The position numbers were made by a program, and so were the translations under genes. A stretch of DNA of 64,000 nucleotides from Eledone cirrhosa (lineage: Eukaryota). Positions 51,295 to 62,985 of this stretch are shown in pieces; the first letter of the stretch is position 1; every line of letters starts with the position of its first letter. Under the pieces are notes generated by a model. That model did no database searches. It saw only the letters and a list, made by a program, of their open reading frames with translations, and was not told where the DNA came from. The stretch covers positions 77,562,001 to 77,626,000 of the forward strand of contig OZ024741.1 in assembly GCA_964016885.1 (NCBI GenBank), in the 5' to 3' direction.

Positions 51295-54200
51295 ATCATC
51301 ATCATCACCGTTTTACGTCCATTCCGCCACGCTAACATGGGTTAGACGGGTTGTCCTGCTATGGGCAGTGTGTGGTCGGCTGACCTTGTCTTGCTCATAT
51401 GGGAACTGATTCTGGCTTGATTTCTACAGCTGGATGCCCTTCCTAACACCAACCTCATTTACAGTGAGTGCTGGGTGCTTTTTTTTCCGTGGTGCCTACA
51501 CGTCAACTTTACAGTGTGGGCTGGGTGCTTTTTGCAGTGGGAGGGGGTGAGGGCATATTGTCTATATACTTCAGCTTCGGTTTGTACCCGTGGGAAGTAG
51601 GGTCTTCTGTATTACTGCGTGACGCCAGAGGTCACAGTTGTGTGTTACCGCCTTTGAGAGGTGCAATTGGGTATGGTCGGCTTTTATCACCTCGTCCCAG
51701 GCTTTTCTTGGTCTACCCACTCCGTAGCTTCCATCAATTTTTTTATACAGCTGTTGTCCATACCAACGCAATCTCCTCTCCTGCACACAGCATTTGATTC
51801 CTGTCATGCTCAGTCTCTCTCTCAATTCGTTTATATGCTGTTTGCATATATTACTATTACACATTCATCGGAGCATGCAAGCTTCGTTTCTTTCTAATCT
51901 ACGTAAGTCTTCTACAGACAGTGCCCAGGTCTCACTACCATGTAACATTGCTGTTTGTATACACACATCATACAGTCTGCCTTTCATTTTTAGAGATAAA
52001 GCCCTTTGTGGCCACAGCGGTATTAGCTCTCTAAACTTTTTCCCATCCTGTTCTAACTCTGGCTACTGTACTTTCAGAACACCCTCCTCTACTGCTGATT
52101 TTGTCACCCAGGTAACAGAAAGTGTCTACCATTTCTATAGAACCATCTGGGTGGTCGAAGGAGTTAGTATCTAGTGGGCTCTTGCTACTTACTGCACCTG
52201 AGCATCGACCACATATAAAACCTACATTCTTAGCTTACCTGTGATCCCACTACATCTTTTATGTACCCATAGTTTGCATTTGGGGCATAGAATGGAATTT
52301 CTACCTACTCCTTTCCTACACACTGAACAAGGCCATTTCCCAGAGGGAACCTGTGCCCTATTCTCCTTTCTACATACTAGAACTTTAGTCTTAGACAAGT
52401 TAACTTTAAGGCCTTTTGATTCTAGGCCATGCTTCCATGTTTGGAATTTCTTCTCTAGTTCAGCCATAGATTCAGCTATGAGAGTTAGATCATCTGCATA
52501 TAGAAGTTCCCATGGGCAGCCAGTCTTAAACTCTTCTGTTATAGAGCCTGTAGGACAATAATAAACAGGAGGGAGATAAGGACGGAGCCTTGGTGAACAC
52601 CTACTTTTACACTAAATTCTTCACTATATTCATTGTTAATTCTAATCTTGCAGAGTATTCCTCTATACATGGCTTGTATAGCTCCCACAAGCCACTTATC
52701 TACTCCTAGTTTTCTAAGAGCCCACCAGATTAAAGTGCAGGTGACTCCAAGTCAACAAAAGCTAAGTAGAGGGGTTTACTTTTAGCTAGTTACTTCTACT
52801 GTAGTTTCGGTACAAGGAAGAGAGCATCCATGGTACTTTTACCTGGCACAAACCAAAACTGCATTTCATCTAGATCTAGGACTCTAATCAGTTGTGTAAT
52901 AACTCTTTCTGTGACCTTCATGACCTGGTCAACTAACTTAATGCCTCTATAGTCTCTATCTAGGGCGTCTCCGCAATTATCTTCGAAGCTGCCTTGCCTG
53001 TCTTCATATCTTCGATTGCCTTACTATACTACCATTAACTAGCACAGTTAGTCTCTCTGTTGGATCAATTTTGAGTAGATTATCTTTATCCCATTCATTC
53101 TTTCATCTCATTTAGTAGTCTCTTGTAGTGACACTTCCAAGCTACCTTCTTGTCAGTATCAGTGAGGGCAAGTAAACCATCATCATTACGGACACACTTC
53201 TCCCTGATAATATCGCAATTTTCCTTGACACATTGTCTCGCAATCCAGAACACCTCACATAGAATATGCTTGAACTTTCTATCCTCTGCTTCCCTTTTTG
53301 CAAAGTATACTTGTCTCCTAGCCACCTGATAGTGTTCTCTACTACCCCCATCTTGCCATTCTTTCCAAGCCAGCTTTTTGCCCTTGATTGACTCCTCCAC
53401 CTTACTGTTCCACCACCGTGTCACTCTCCTCCTGCCTATAGGTCGCCTTCAGCAGGTTAACTTTCAGGAATTCCCACTGTTCCTCTATACTGTACGTCTC
53501 TAATTGCTCTTCCTTACTGTCAAAAGCATCAAGTAATATGCTTTTAAATTTGTTACTGGCTGTGGGGTTCTTCAACATCAACATTCTTCTCCTCAAGGTA
53601 TTCCTCTCTTGTCAAGTACGTCTAGCTCTGACAATTAGGTCACTAACTATTAGGCTATGTTGGGAGGTGCATTCTTCAGGAGGGAGGGACTTAGTGTTTA
53701 TAACAGACACTCTGTCTCGTTTTCTACTAAGGATAAAATCTATCTGGATTGTGTGCTTCCCTGATCTGTAAGTGATCAAGTAATTGTCTCATTTTTTGAA
53801 GTTTGTATTACAGATAGTTAGGTTATTAGCATCACAGAATTCCAGGATCCTGAAGCCTTCCACATTTCTAGTACAAAACCCATAACCTCCATGGATTCCA
53901 TCATAGCCATCACAATGTTGTCCAACATGACCATTAAAGTCGCCAGCAATAATTATGTAGTCACTGTTGGTTATTTGGGAGGTAGTGAGCATTAGCGACT
54001 CATAGAACCCGTCTTTTATAACGTCTAGTAGACCAGATTGGGGTGCATTATTGACACAGTTGTTCTATTTAGAACTAGTCTTATTTTAATTATTCTATCA
54101 TTGTCTCTATTTATGGCAATTACCTTATCTACCAATTTTTCTGCTAAGATAATTCCTACTCCACCCAGCCCGTTATCTTGAACACAACAAACATCAATTT

Positions 54201-54390
54201 CCTTATGTTCAATCATCTCTACAACCTCATTTGAGCGACCTTTCAATGTGCCTACGTTTATGGTACCAACTCTGAAGTTTTGGAGGAAGGGATGTGATGG
54301 GAGCACAGGGAGGGGTATGGGAGGTGAAATTATTTTGGTCTTGGACGTCCATGTCTGAAATAAAGAGGAGTGCTTGCATGTTCGTCCAGA
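51295..54390 (-). mobile_element. Near-full-length degraded RTE LINE
   Basis: Minus-strand endonuclease (QNFRVGTINVGTLKGR, IAGDFNGH), RT/PHD fragments, 3' UTR and (ATC)n tail at ~51295-51308. Confidence 0.92.
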
Positions 54391-54679
54391 GACAGGAGGT
54401 GAATTTATCTATCAACAGAAATAAAATTCTTGGGGAGATTACATTTATCTAAAAATCTTTCATCATAATTTTATGTAAGAACCTGCTATGTTCCAAATAC
54501 TAATATAATAACGAGAAAGTTATATAAATAAACCCTTCAAATTCTTGATTATCTTCAAAAGTATCTGAAACTCATATCTTTTATTAGAAATATGGTAATG
54601 AAAGAAAGAGACTGTGTGGCAGCATTTATGCAAAATGTATAAATAGCTTTAAAAAACTTATATACATCTTCTTTACCCC

Positions 54680-55060
54680 CTTATTCCTGAGAGGGTCATG
54701 GGGTCAGAGTCCTTAAACACTCCTTCCAGCAGGTCCTGTTGATCTGGCTGGATCTCCAATAAGACCAGCCAAGATCATGGATGTTATCCAACCATCTTGC
54801 TTGGGGTCTATTCCTGGGTCTCCTGCTGTTGGTTTTGCCTGTAAAATCTCTCCAGCAATTCTTTCCTGAGACATTCTAACCACATGCATATAATATCAAA
54901 GCTCTTATCTCTCAATTCAGAGAAGTAGCAGCTCTACCTGGAGCAACACTCTGATCTCTGAGCTGTGCATTCTATCGAGTAATGTTACTTCATAGACACT
55001 TTGGAGGATCCCCATTTTGGCTGCTTGTATTCATGATCATATTTTTTCAGTCATTATCAA
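54680..55060 (-). mobile_element. RTE-like LINE C-terminal remnant (different family)
   Basis: Minus strand gives IMTEK..IQAAKMG..VTLLDRMHSSEIR..LLL.IER remnants. Confidence 0.55.
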
Positions 55061-55146
55061 ACCTTCGAAGACATTCAATATGTAGGACAGATTTTACGAG
55101 AGAAACCAGCCCTCTCAGGAATTAATAATATGAAGAAGTAGGAGGA

Positions 55147-56940
55147 GGGAACTATTCTAGATTCTCAATGGTTATTGTGATCAGTCAGAATGTGATGACC
55201 AATTCATTAACAGAAATCTGGCTTTTGACCTCACAAACAGTCAGAAGTTTTCGTCTGAACTCTGAACTAAATGATTCTCATTTAAGTTCAAGTTTTCCAG
55301 AAGGCCTTTCTCATAGTGACCAGCTTGTTAATCATGATAGCTATTGTGGCAATAGTGAAGACATGGTACTTCTTGAAGAGATTTCCACAACCAACCCCAC
55401 AAACAGCATTGAAATTACAGACACAAGTGGTCAGGACAAACTTGGAAGAAATTCTAGCAGCAACTGCAACAAAATTTCAAACACCATCAGTAATTTCGAT
55501 GTAAAACTATCCCTACCAAATGACTGTTCAGAGCTTTCTCAGAGTAACTTAAAAAATAACAGTAACACTTTCCTAATCAAAAAGATATCATGGTATCAAG
55601 AAAAGAGCAGTGAGATAACATCTGTATCCACAGGAAACTTTGCTGATACCGAAGACTCAGCCAGCAATACCGAACATACTCTGTACACCTCTGAGTTTTG
55701 CAAGGTTAATTATTTAACTGCCAACAATTTTGTCAACCATATGTCAGTGCACGAAGATAAAAGATTGTTCAAATGTATGATGTGTCATATCTACTTCTCC
55801 ACTGTTGATTCATTCTCAACCCACTTCAGAAGACACACACCTAGACCAAATTTAAAATTAAATTCTGTTAAAATGGATGGTTTGGAGAAGAATTTTCAGA
55901 AGCAACTTGAAACAAACCTGGAGACCATAGACCAACAACATTCCCCAAACAAAGCCTCCAGCATTTCAATAGAGATGGCTATTTTCAGTGCAGAATCTGT
56001 AATAAAGACTTTGATAATTATAACAAATTGGAAGTCCATCTGAAGAATCATACAGAACAAATATCTGTACCCAGTTCTGATTTGCTATCCTCTTCCAGTT
56101 TGAAGAACTGCAAAGAGTTGAATCAAGATATTCAAAGATCAGAATCTTCCTCAGAAAAAGCTCAGTCACAAGCTGCTACAGTTAACCAATTCCAATGTGA
56201 GCAATGTTTGTCTACTTTTCAACACAAAAATGATTTCATTTTCCATTTGAAAACCCACATTGATAATTCAAGATTGGCATATAGCCAAGCTGAGGGAGCC
56301 AGCAATTTTCAAAATGCAGACACCATGTATTTCACTGAGAAATGTAAAGAAGAATACACAGAACCCACCGAAACAAATCCTTTAAACTGTAAAGAACTCA
56401 AACCTGAAACAATCCAAGAGAGTTCCTTAGCTACTGCATCCACTACAGCTGATAGCAATACTACTGATGGCTCTTATTTGTGTAATGTTTGTAACCAGTT
56501 ATTTTCTGAGCGTTTGCATCTTGTAAAACATTTAATAACACACATTGGAAACAAGCAGATACTGAACAGCAGTTTGAGAAATCTAGACAATTCCCCAACA
56601 ACTGTTGAAAATATAAGCCATATACAGAATGACAAGATGTACAGTTGTAAACACTGCAACAAGGTGTTTAGTCATATGCATCAACTATTGAGACATATGG
56701 CTATGCACAGAAAAACCAAATCTTTTGTCTGTCGCTTCTACCAAAAGGAAATTACTCTGTACAAAGATTTTATCAATCATCTGAAAATCCACACAGGACC
56801 TTTGCAATGCCCTGTTTGTCGGAAGACATTTATACATTCGAGCCTACTCAAAGCTCACATTTTAACTCACAATGTTGCGAAATCATTTGCTTATCAGTAC
56901 TGTGATAAATCCTTCGCCCAGTCATGTCACTTAACACAGT
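55147..56940 (+). pseudogene. Partial pseudogene of the C2H2 ZNF (3' half)
   Basis: High identity to the parent CDS, but with frameshifts, a deletion of over 300 bp near 55600, three zinc-ligand Cys lost (YTSEFC, CRFYQ, FAYQYC), and the last two fingers plus stop deleted. Confidence 0.92.
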
Positions 56941-58402
56941 ATATTTATTTTTCTGTAAAAATGTTTTTTTCCTAAATATTTCCCTTTTGCCAATTCTATA
57001 TTACTTGCTGTCGACTTAGAGCAAGAATTTAGTTTTTTGTAGGTTTCTTAACAGGTATAGGAATGAGTCTTGTGTTCACATTGCTCACCTACTTTGTGGC
57101 CAACTTGGTTCAAACGAGAATACAAAAAGTAAATTTAAACATTTTGTTGTTGTTGGTTTTGACCGTTTTCTCATATTGTTAGTCATAGTGCATCTCATGT
57201 GTTGACAATTGATTGCAAACCTTGTCAGACATTGTCTCTTTTTCAAATTTGATTTGTTCATGTAAGTAGTTGGTATTTCTGAACTATTCTTGAGAAATCT
57301 ACAATTGACATGGAAATCAACATGCAAGACACACAACACACAGGAGCCAACAAGTGAGCTTCTACATGATCATTGAACCTGCCAGAATTAACAGCAAAAT
57401 CACCCTCATTTTATATCCTACCATCTTAGGAAAGTATACATTGAATAATGTTGTTCTGGGTTCATTTCACATAACAAAAAGACAGAATGGATTGGTCTTG
57501 ATCATAGGCATGCTCAATTAGGATTCACCTAGGGTTAAACAGCTAAGACAACTCTCACAGATATCACTGAAACACCTTTTTTGACCCAATTTCTAACATT
57601 ATGCTTGTCTTTCAAGTAACTTCTATAGTAATGGTGTCTAATTTAGACACAAGGCCAACGATATAGCGGGGGTGGGTGGGTCAATTATATCAATCCTAGT
57701 CCTTTACTGGTATTTTATCAACCCAGGTGGATAAAGGGCAAAATGCCCATATCCTGCAGCCATGCAATATCACACTTTATATTTAAGTATCATACAATCT
57801 GCCCTTCCCTCAGAGAGAGAGAAAACTCTTTTGTATCAACAGAAATAATTACCTCCAGAACCTATCAACTAACTGTAAAGAGACTTCTGAGCAATTGAGT
57901 CTTCATTTTCTGTAAGTTTAGCTGGTCTTCTATGAGGTTGCATTCCTTAGGTTTCTCAGATGTTTTAATTGTAGGGACCTCATACCAGTTGCCAGTAAGA
58001 AGGGTTAACTCCCAGCTGATGCTGATATTCATTTAAAGCAACTTACTCAAGAACATAGTCCATGAATAGTACCCATGACTGAATACAACACCCTAGCCAC
58101 TTCTGTGCATTTTATTAATTACATATAGAATTCTTTTCTGCTAGCATGAGATCTCTGTACCTTTTGAATAGTTGTTTGTATGAGGTACACAGTAGTGTTT
58201 ATATCTGCTCTCTGTATACCAAACATATATTTTGAAGCCATTTGTATTGGGTACACAGAGTTCATACCTACATTCTGCATATCAAATGTGTAATGAACCT
58301 GTTTGTATTGGGTACATAGTTCTTACTCTCTGAATGTCTAGCATGTCCTTTTTTCCTGATAGCTGTAGCATTCTGTATTCTTTTCTGCTTAACTGCTTGA
58401 CT

Positions 58403-59563
58403 AATTTGAAAAACAGACAATGTCTGACAAGGTTTGCAATTGTCAACACATGAGATGCACTATGACTAAAAATATGAGAAAACAGTCAAAACCAACAACA
58501 ATAAAATGTTTAAATTTACTTTTTGTATTCTGGTTTGAACCAAGTTAGCCACAAAGTAGGTGAGCAATGTGTTAATACATGAACACAAGACTCATTCCTA
58601 TACCTGTTAAGAAACCTACAAAAAACTAAATTCTTGCTCTAAGTCGACAGCAAGTAATATAGAATTGGCAAAAGGTGTACAGAGTATGTTCGGTATTACT
58701 AGCTGAGTCTTCAGTATCAGCAAAGTTTCCTGAGGATACAGATGTTATGACCAGAGGTGAATCATGGTCATTTTCAGATTGGTCGATACAAAAGAAGTTT
58801 TGCTGCAAGTCATTATTGGATTCACTTGTCATTGGAAACTTATTCAGATCTACGGTAATGTCACCAGTGATTTCATTTTGTGTTGCTGCTAATGATGATG
58901 ATGTGGTGGTCAGTTGGTTCATTGACTGACCATTGGTGTAAGCACTCTCATTCACATAAGCTGCTCCTGTTTGGCCATCAAAATTTACATTGTGCATCAT
59001 AAAACTGATGTCTTTATCACACAGCTCTTTTCTTGATACAATATCTTTTTGAGAAAGTTCTTGAGATTTGTCTATGGTTAGGAAAGTGCCACTGTTATTT
59101 TTTAAGTTACTCTGAGAAAGCTCTGAACAATCATTTGGTAGGGATAGTTTTACATCGAAATTACTGATGGTGTTTGAAATTTTGTTGCAGTTGCTGCTAG
59201 AATTTCCTCCAAGTTTGTCCTGACCACTTGTGCCTGTGATTTCAATGCTGTTTGTGGGGTTGGTTGTGGAAATCTCTTCAAGAGGTACCATGTCTTCACT
59301 ATTGCCACAATAGCTATCAAGATTAACAAGCTGGTCACTATGAGAAAGGCCTTCTGGAAAACTTGAACTTAAATGAGAATCATTTAGTTCAGACGAAAAC
59401 TTCTGACTGTTGGTGAGGTCAAAGGCCAGATTCTGTTAATGAATTGGTCATCACATTCTGACTGATCACAATAACCATTGAGAATCTAGAATAGTTTTCT
59501 CCTCCTACTTCTTCATATTATTATTAATTCCTGGGAGGGCTGGTTTCCCTCGTAAAATCTGTC
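58403..59563 (-). pseudogene. Inverted second ZNF fragment inserted within the duplication
   Basis: Reverse complement of the 55087-55160 flank, ~21270-22089 CDS and ~23670-23945 3' UTR. Host sequence AACTG|TCAAG resumes after it. Confidence 0.92.
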
Positions 59564-60261
59564 AAGATTCTACATTCTACTTCCACTAATTTGGAATCAT
59601 CAGTATGCAGGAATTCCCATAGACAGTAAAGCTTCAACTACTCTGTTTATGGCTTAGAGGATTTAAATTCTGAATATAAAGAGCTGGAATAAATGCAAAC
59701 ATCTCATTTGATGTTATAACAATTCCACCAATCTACTACCCAGGACTACTACCTCAAGCCTGAAAGGAGCAAAGTAGACCGGGGGGGATTTAAACACCTC
59801 ACAAAGAACCAAAGCAAATACTACAAGGCATACTCTAACAACACTGGTAATTCACTGCCATAAATACTGTAGTGACCTACATTCCGATGGCTCATAGATA
59901 CATTCTCCGTGCGTTGTTTGGCTCAGTTCAGCCAATCGCCGCCACTGTAGGAGAATGTATCTCAACACGCCCTGAGGGAAAAATTCTCGTGGCAATTCAG
60001 AAATCTCTCTCTTGCAGCTTGACCATGCTAAGGTAAACACCACTTTTTTGGCTCCGCAAATATGTAACGGTGAGATTTGCACTTTGGCCTGTTGGCCTTC
60101 CTTGGGCCTGGCACAATGCCACATTCTTTTTATAACCTTTATATTGTTAACTTTAACTATCCAATTCAACAAACATTTACTTTGTGGATAACTTTGTCTC
60201 TTTCTCACTCCAACAAATAATAATTATCCATGTTGATATATCCATCATTATTATATCTTTC

Positions 60262-60447
60262 AAGGCGGTGGATTGGCAGTATCGGTAGAGGGTCGGACGC
60301 CATGCTTTCCAGCATAGTTACGTCCCTTTACAATCTGAGTTCAAATCCCGCTGAGGTTGACTTTGCCTTTCATCCTTACGGGGTCGATAAAATAAAGTAC
60401 CAGTAATGCACTGGGTAATTGCTGGCCTTGTGCCTAAAGTAGAAACA
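60262..60447 (+). mobile_element. Full-length tRNA SINE inserted in the 5' LTR
   Basis: 15-bp TSD ATTATTATATCTTTC (60247-60261, 60448-60462); absent from the 3' LTR. Confidence 0.92.
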
Positions 60448-61767
60448 ATTATTATATCTTTCTGCTAAAATGGTGACTCGACGTGAGTCTTGGTGATATC
60501 TATTATTATAAACCTCTGCTAAAATGGTGACCTCCGACGGAGGAATATTTAAGTACAAAATATTCCTTTAAAAACACCAAACTCACGTGGTGACTCTTTC
60601 GTTGCAACATGCAATGAACCATTCCACCTAAAGTGGCAACATCTCCGTTGAAACAAAAACGAACACAAAAATTTCTATTCCCATCTCACGTGGTGACAAC
60701 GTTCAAATGCTTCTCACTTGGCTGTTTACACTTTCGCTACATCTTACTACGAACCATTTATTAAATTGGACTTTCATTTTTGAACATATTTCTTTTTCTG
60801 AAAATTACACCTCGTGTTTTTCTCGTTCAACCAAGCTTTTGTTTAAGACCAACAACCAATATGGCGACTGCTGCCTTCCTCTTTCATTTTCGAGCAGCTA
60901 TCTTGTCTTCTTCGTTTCGTCATTTTCCAGCGCGGCGGATTTTACCAACACACTCATTGCTATTCATCTCAAAGAATAGTTCGGCCACGAGCTACTTTAT
61001 TAATGCCAGTAAAAAAATTGCGATGTCATGCGTTGTAAATTGACGTCACTTGCTGGGCATTTGTATACACGTTCGTTCTGCGGTCAACTACTTAAAACAA
61101 ACTTATCTGGACTTACTCAGATCATAGCGCTTAACTGTTTATTTTTTCAACACTGATCAACACATCTTGGCTGAAATTTCTGTAAAAAAAATTTGCGCAC
61201 CCTTCTTTTTGGATCTTCTAACTCTGAACGAGTTGTTTCCTTTAGAACAACTTTAAAAGGCTGCGAGAGACAACAACCGCTTAAAAAATAATTCTTTCTT
61301 TCTTTTTTTTTTTACAGGCAATGTTTGGATATTTATTTCTTTTAAACTGTATTATATGAAAATTCATTTTTTTTCTATCATTGTATATATGACTGCATGC
61401 ATTTTCTTTGTTGTATTACATGCCTACATATGCACACACATTTCTTTGTCATACACCAACATGTTGTTGTCTATAGTATATGATCTTCAAGCGTAACAAC
61501 CTCCATCTTGTTACTTTACCCGACTCACTGGGAAAACAACAAATGGAACTAGACCAGTCAGCATTTCTACCATTTCTCCAATGGATTCGCCAGAATTATG
61601 GAATTACCACTTCAACTGCTACCTACCTACAGATTCAACTCAATTTTTTCTTTTCAAAGCAACTAGCCATTTTTTCCTGGCTGCCTAGCACTTCCGGCAA
61701 ATCATCCGGGAGGCTGACAATTTCTTGCCTACCTATTATCTTCTTGCCATCTCTGCTACAACATTTA

Positions 61768-61940
61768 CCATAACAGCTCTGGTATAACATTTACCATAAC
61801 AGCTCTGGTTTAACACTTACCATAACAGCTATACAGCTCTGGTAAAGCATGAACAGCACCATCATTGACAACAGCTACTGGTAAACTACCATAACAACTT
61901 CATCCACAGCTCTGGTACAACACTTACCATAACAGCTAAC
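61768..61940. repeat. Short tandem repeats inside the LTR element
   Basis: Recurring ACCATAACAGCTCTGGT.AACA units of ~25 bp. Confidence 0.75.
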
Positions 61941-62866
61941 ATTTAATGCAAGAACAGCAACTTTTCCCATGTCAGACTTTATCCGTTTTCTGTTAGACCC
62001 CTGGTGGTCACGCATAAATAGCAAAACAGCTAGTCATTTGACACTGGCTCAACACGGCCCTTAGCGCCTCATTTTTCTTCTTGCATGCATTCTTTTGTTC
62101 AATTTTTTTCATTGATATGCTCTCTTTCAGCATTTTTCCTGCTGATTCAATTTTATATATCGTCTTGCGACTAGGAAGGGGGTATTGTAGTGACCTACAT
62201 TCCGAGGACTCATAGATACATTCTCTGTGCGTTGTTTGGCTCAGTTCAGCCAATTACCGCCACCGTAGGAGAATGTATCTCGACACACCGCGAGGGAAAA
62301 ATTCCCCGCGTCAATTCAGAAATCTCTCTCTTGCAGCTTGACCATGCTAAGGTAAACACCACTTCTTCTTTTGCTCTGCAAGCACAAACAATATGTAACG
62401 GTGAGATTTACACTTTGGCCTGTCGGCCTTCCTTGGGCCTGGCACAATGCCACATTCTTTTTATAACCTTTATATTGTTAACTTTAACTATCCAATTCAA
62501 CAAACAATATACTTTGTGGATAACTTTATCTCTTTCTCACTCCAACAAATAAACATACATTCATCATAATTATCCGTGTTGATATATCCATCATTATTAT
62601 ATCTTTCTGCTAAAATGGTGACTCGACGTGAGTCTTGGTGATATCTATTATTATAAACATCTGCTAAAATACTATTTGTCATTCCACAACCACATGTTGC
62701 TGAATTGAGTATTTCAAACACACCACCTGCAACTCTGCTGAATTAAATATTTCAAACCAAGAATGAAAGAAAGAATTCATTTATTTTAAAGAGGAAATAA
62801 AGTAGAAAAAATACACAACTACAATATTCTCATGAGTGTTTTTAGAATATGGCTTGGGAACATATT

Positions 62867-62985
62867 TTACTTTATTTTGTAGACTACCTAAGATACAAAT
62901 AACTTTTTTTTAGCCACTTTTCGCACAGCATTCATGAAGTCTTCTTCTTCAACATAATCTCGTTTAGCCCTTAAGGCACACATAC
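62867..62985 (-). pseudogene. PSMC6: Duplicated PSMC6 last exon with premature stop
   Basis: GMCALRAKRDYVEEEDFMNAVRKVAKKKLFVS*VVYKIK*; TAG at 62888-62890; acceptor retained. Confidence 0.88.

Larger units (their letters stand above)
59868..62668 (+). mobile_element. Non-autonomous LTR retrotransposon (Ty3/Gypsy-like); LTRs 59868-60523 and 62186-62668
   Basis: Both LTRs start TGTAGTGACC and end CTGCTAAA. TSD ATAC at 59864-59867 and 62669-62672, with the empty site at ~26294. PBS TGGTGACCTCCGACG at 60525. PPT AGGAAGGGGG at ~62173-62182. No pol ORF. Confidence 0.9.

Noticed and set aside
55147-57740. ZNF copy as a retrocopy
   Set aside because: There is no poly(A) or TSD, and collinearity continues into intergenic and PSMC6 intron sequence, so it is DNA-level.
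62867-62985. Diversity-generating retroelement TR/VR pair (RT nearby, variable C-terminal codons)
   Set aside because: Substitutions are not adenine-specific on either strand, the RTs are ordinary LINE enzymes, and the copy lies in a long genomic duplication with intron.
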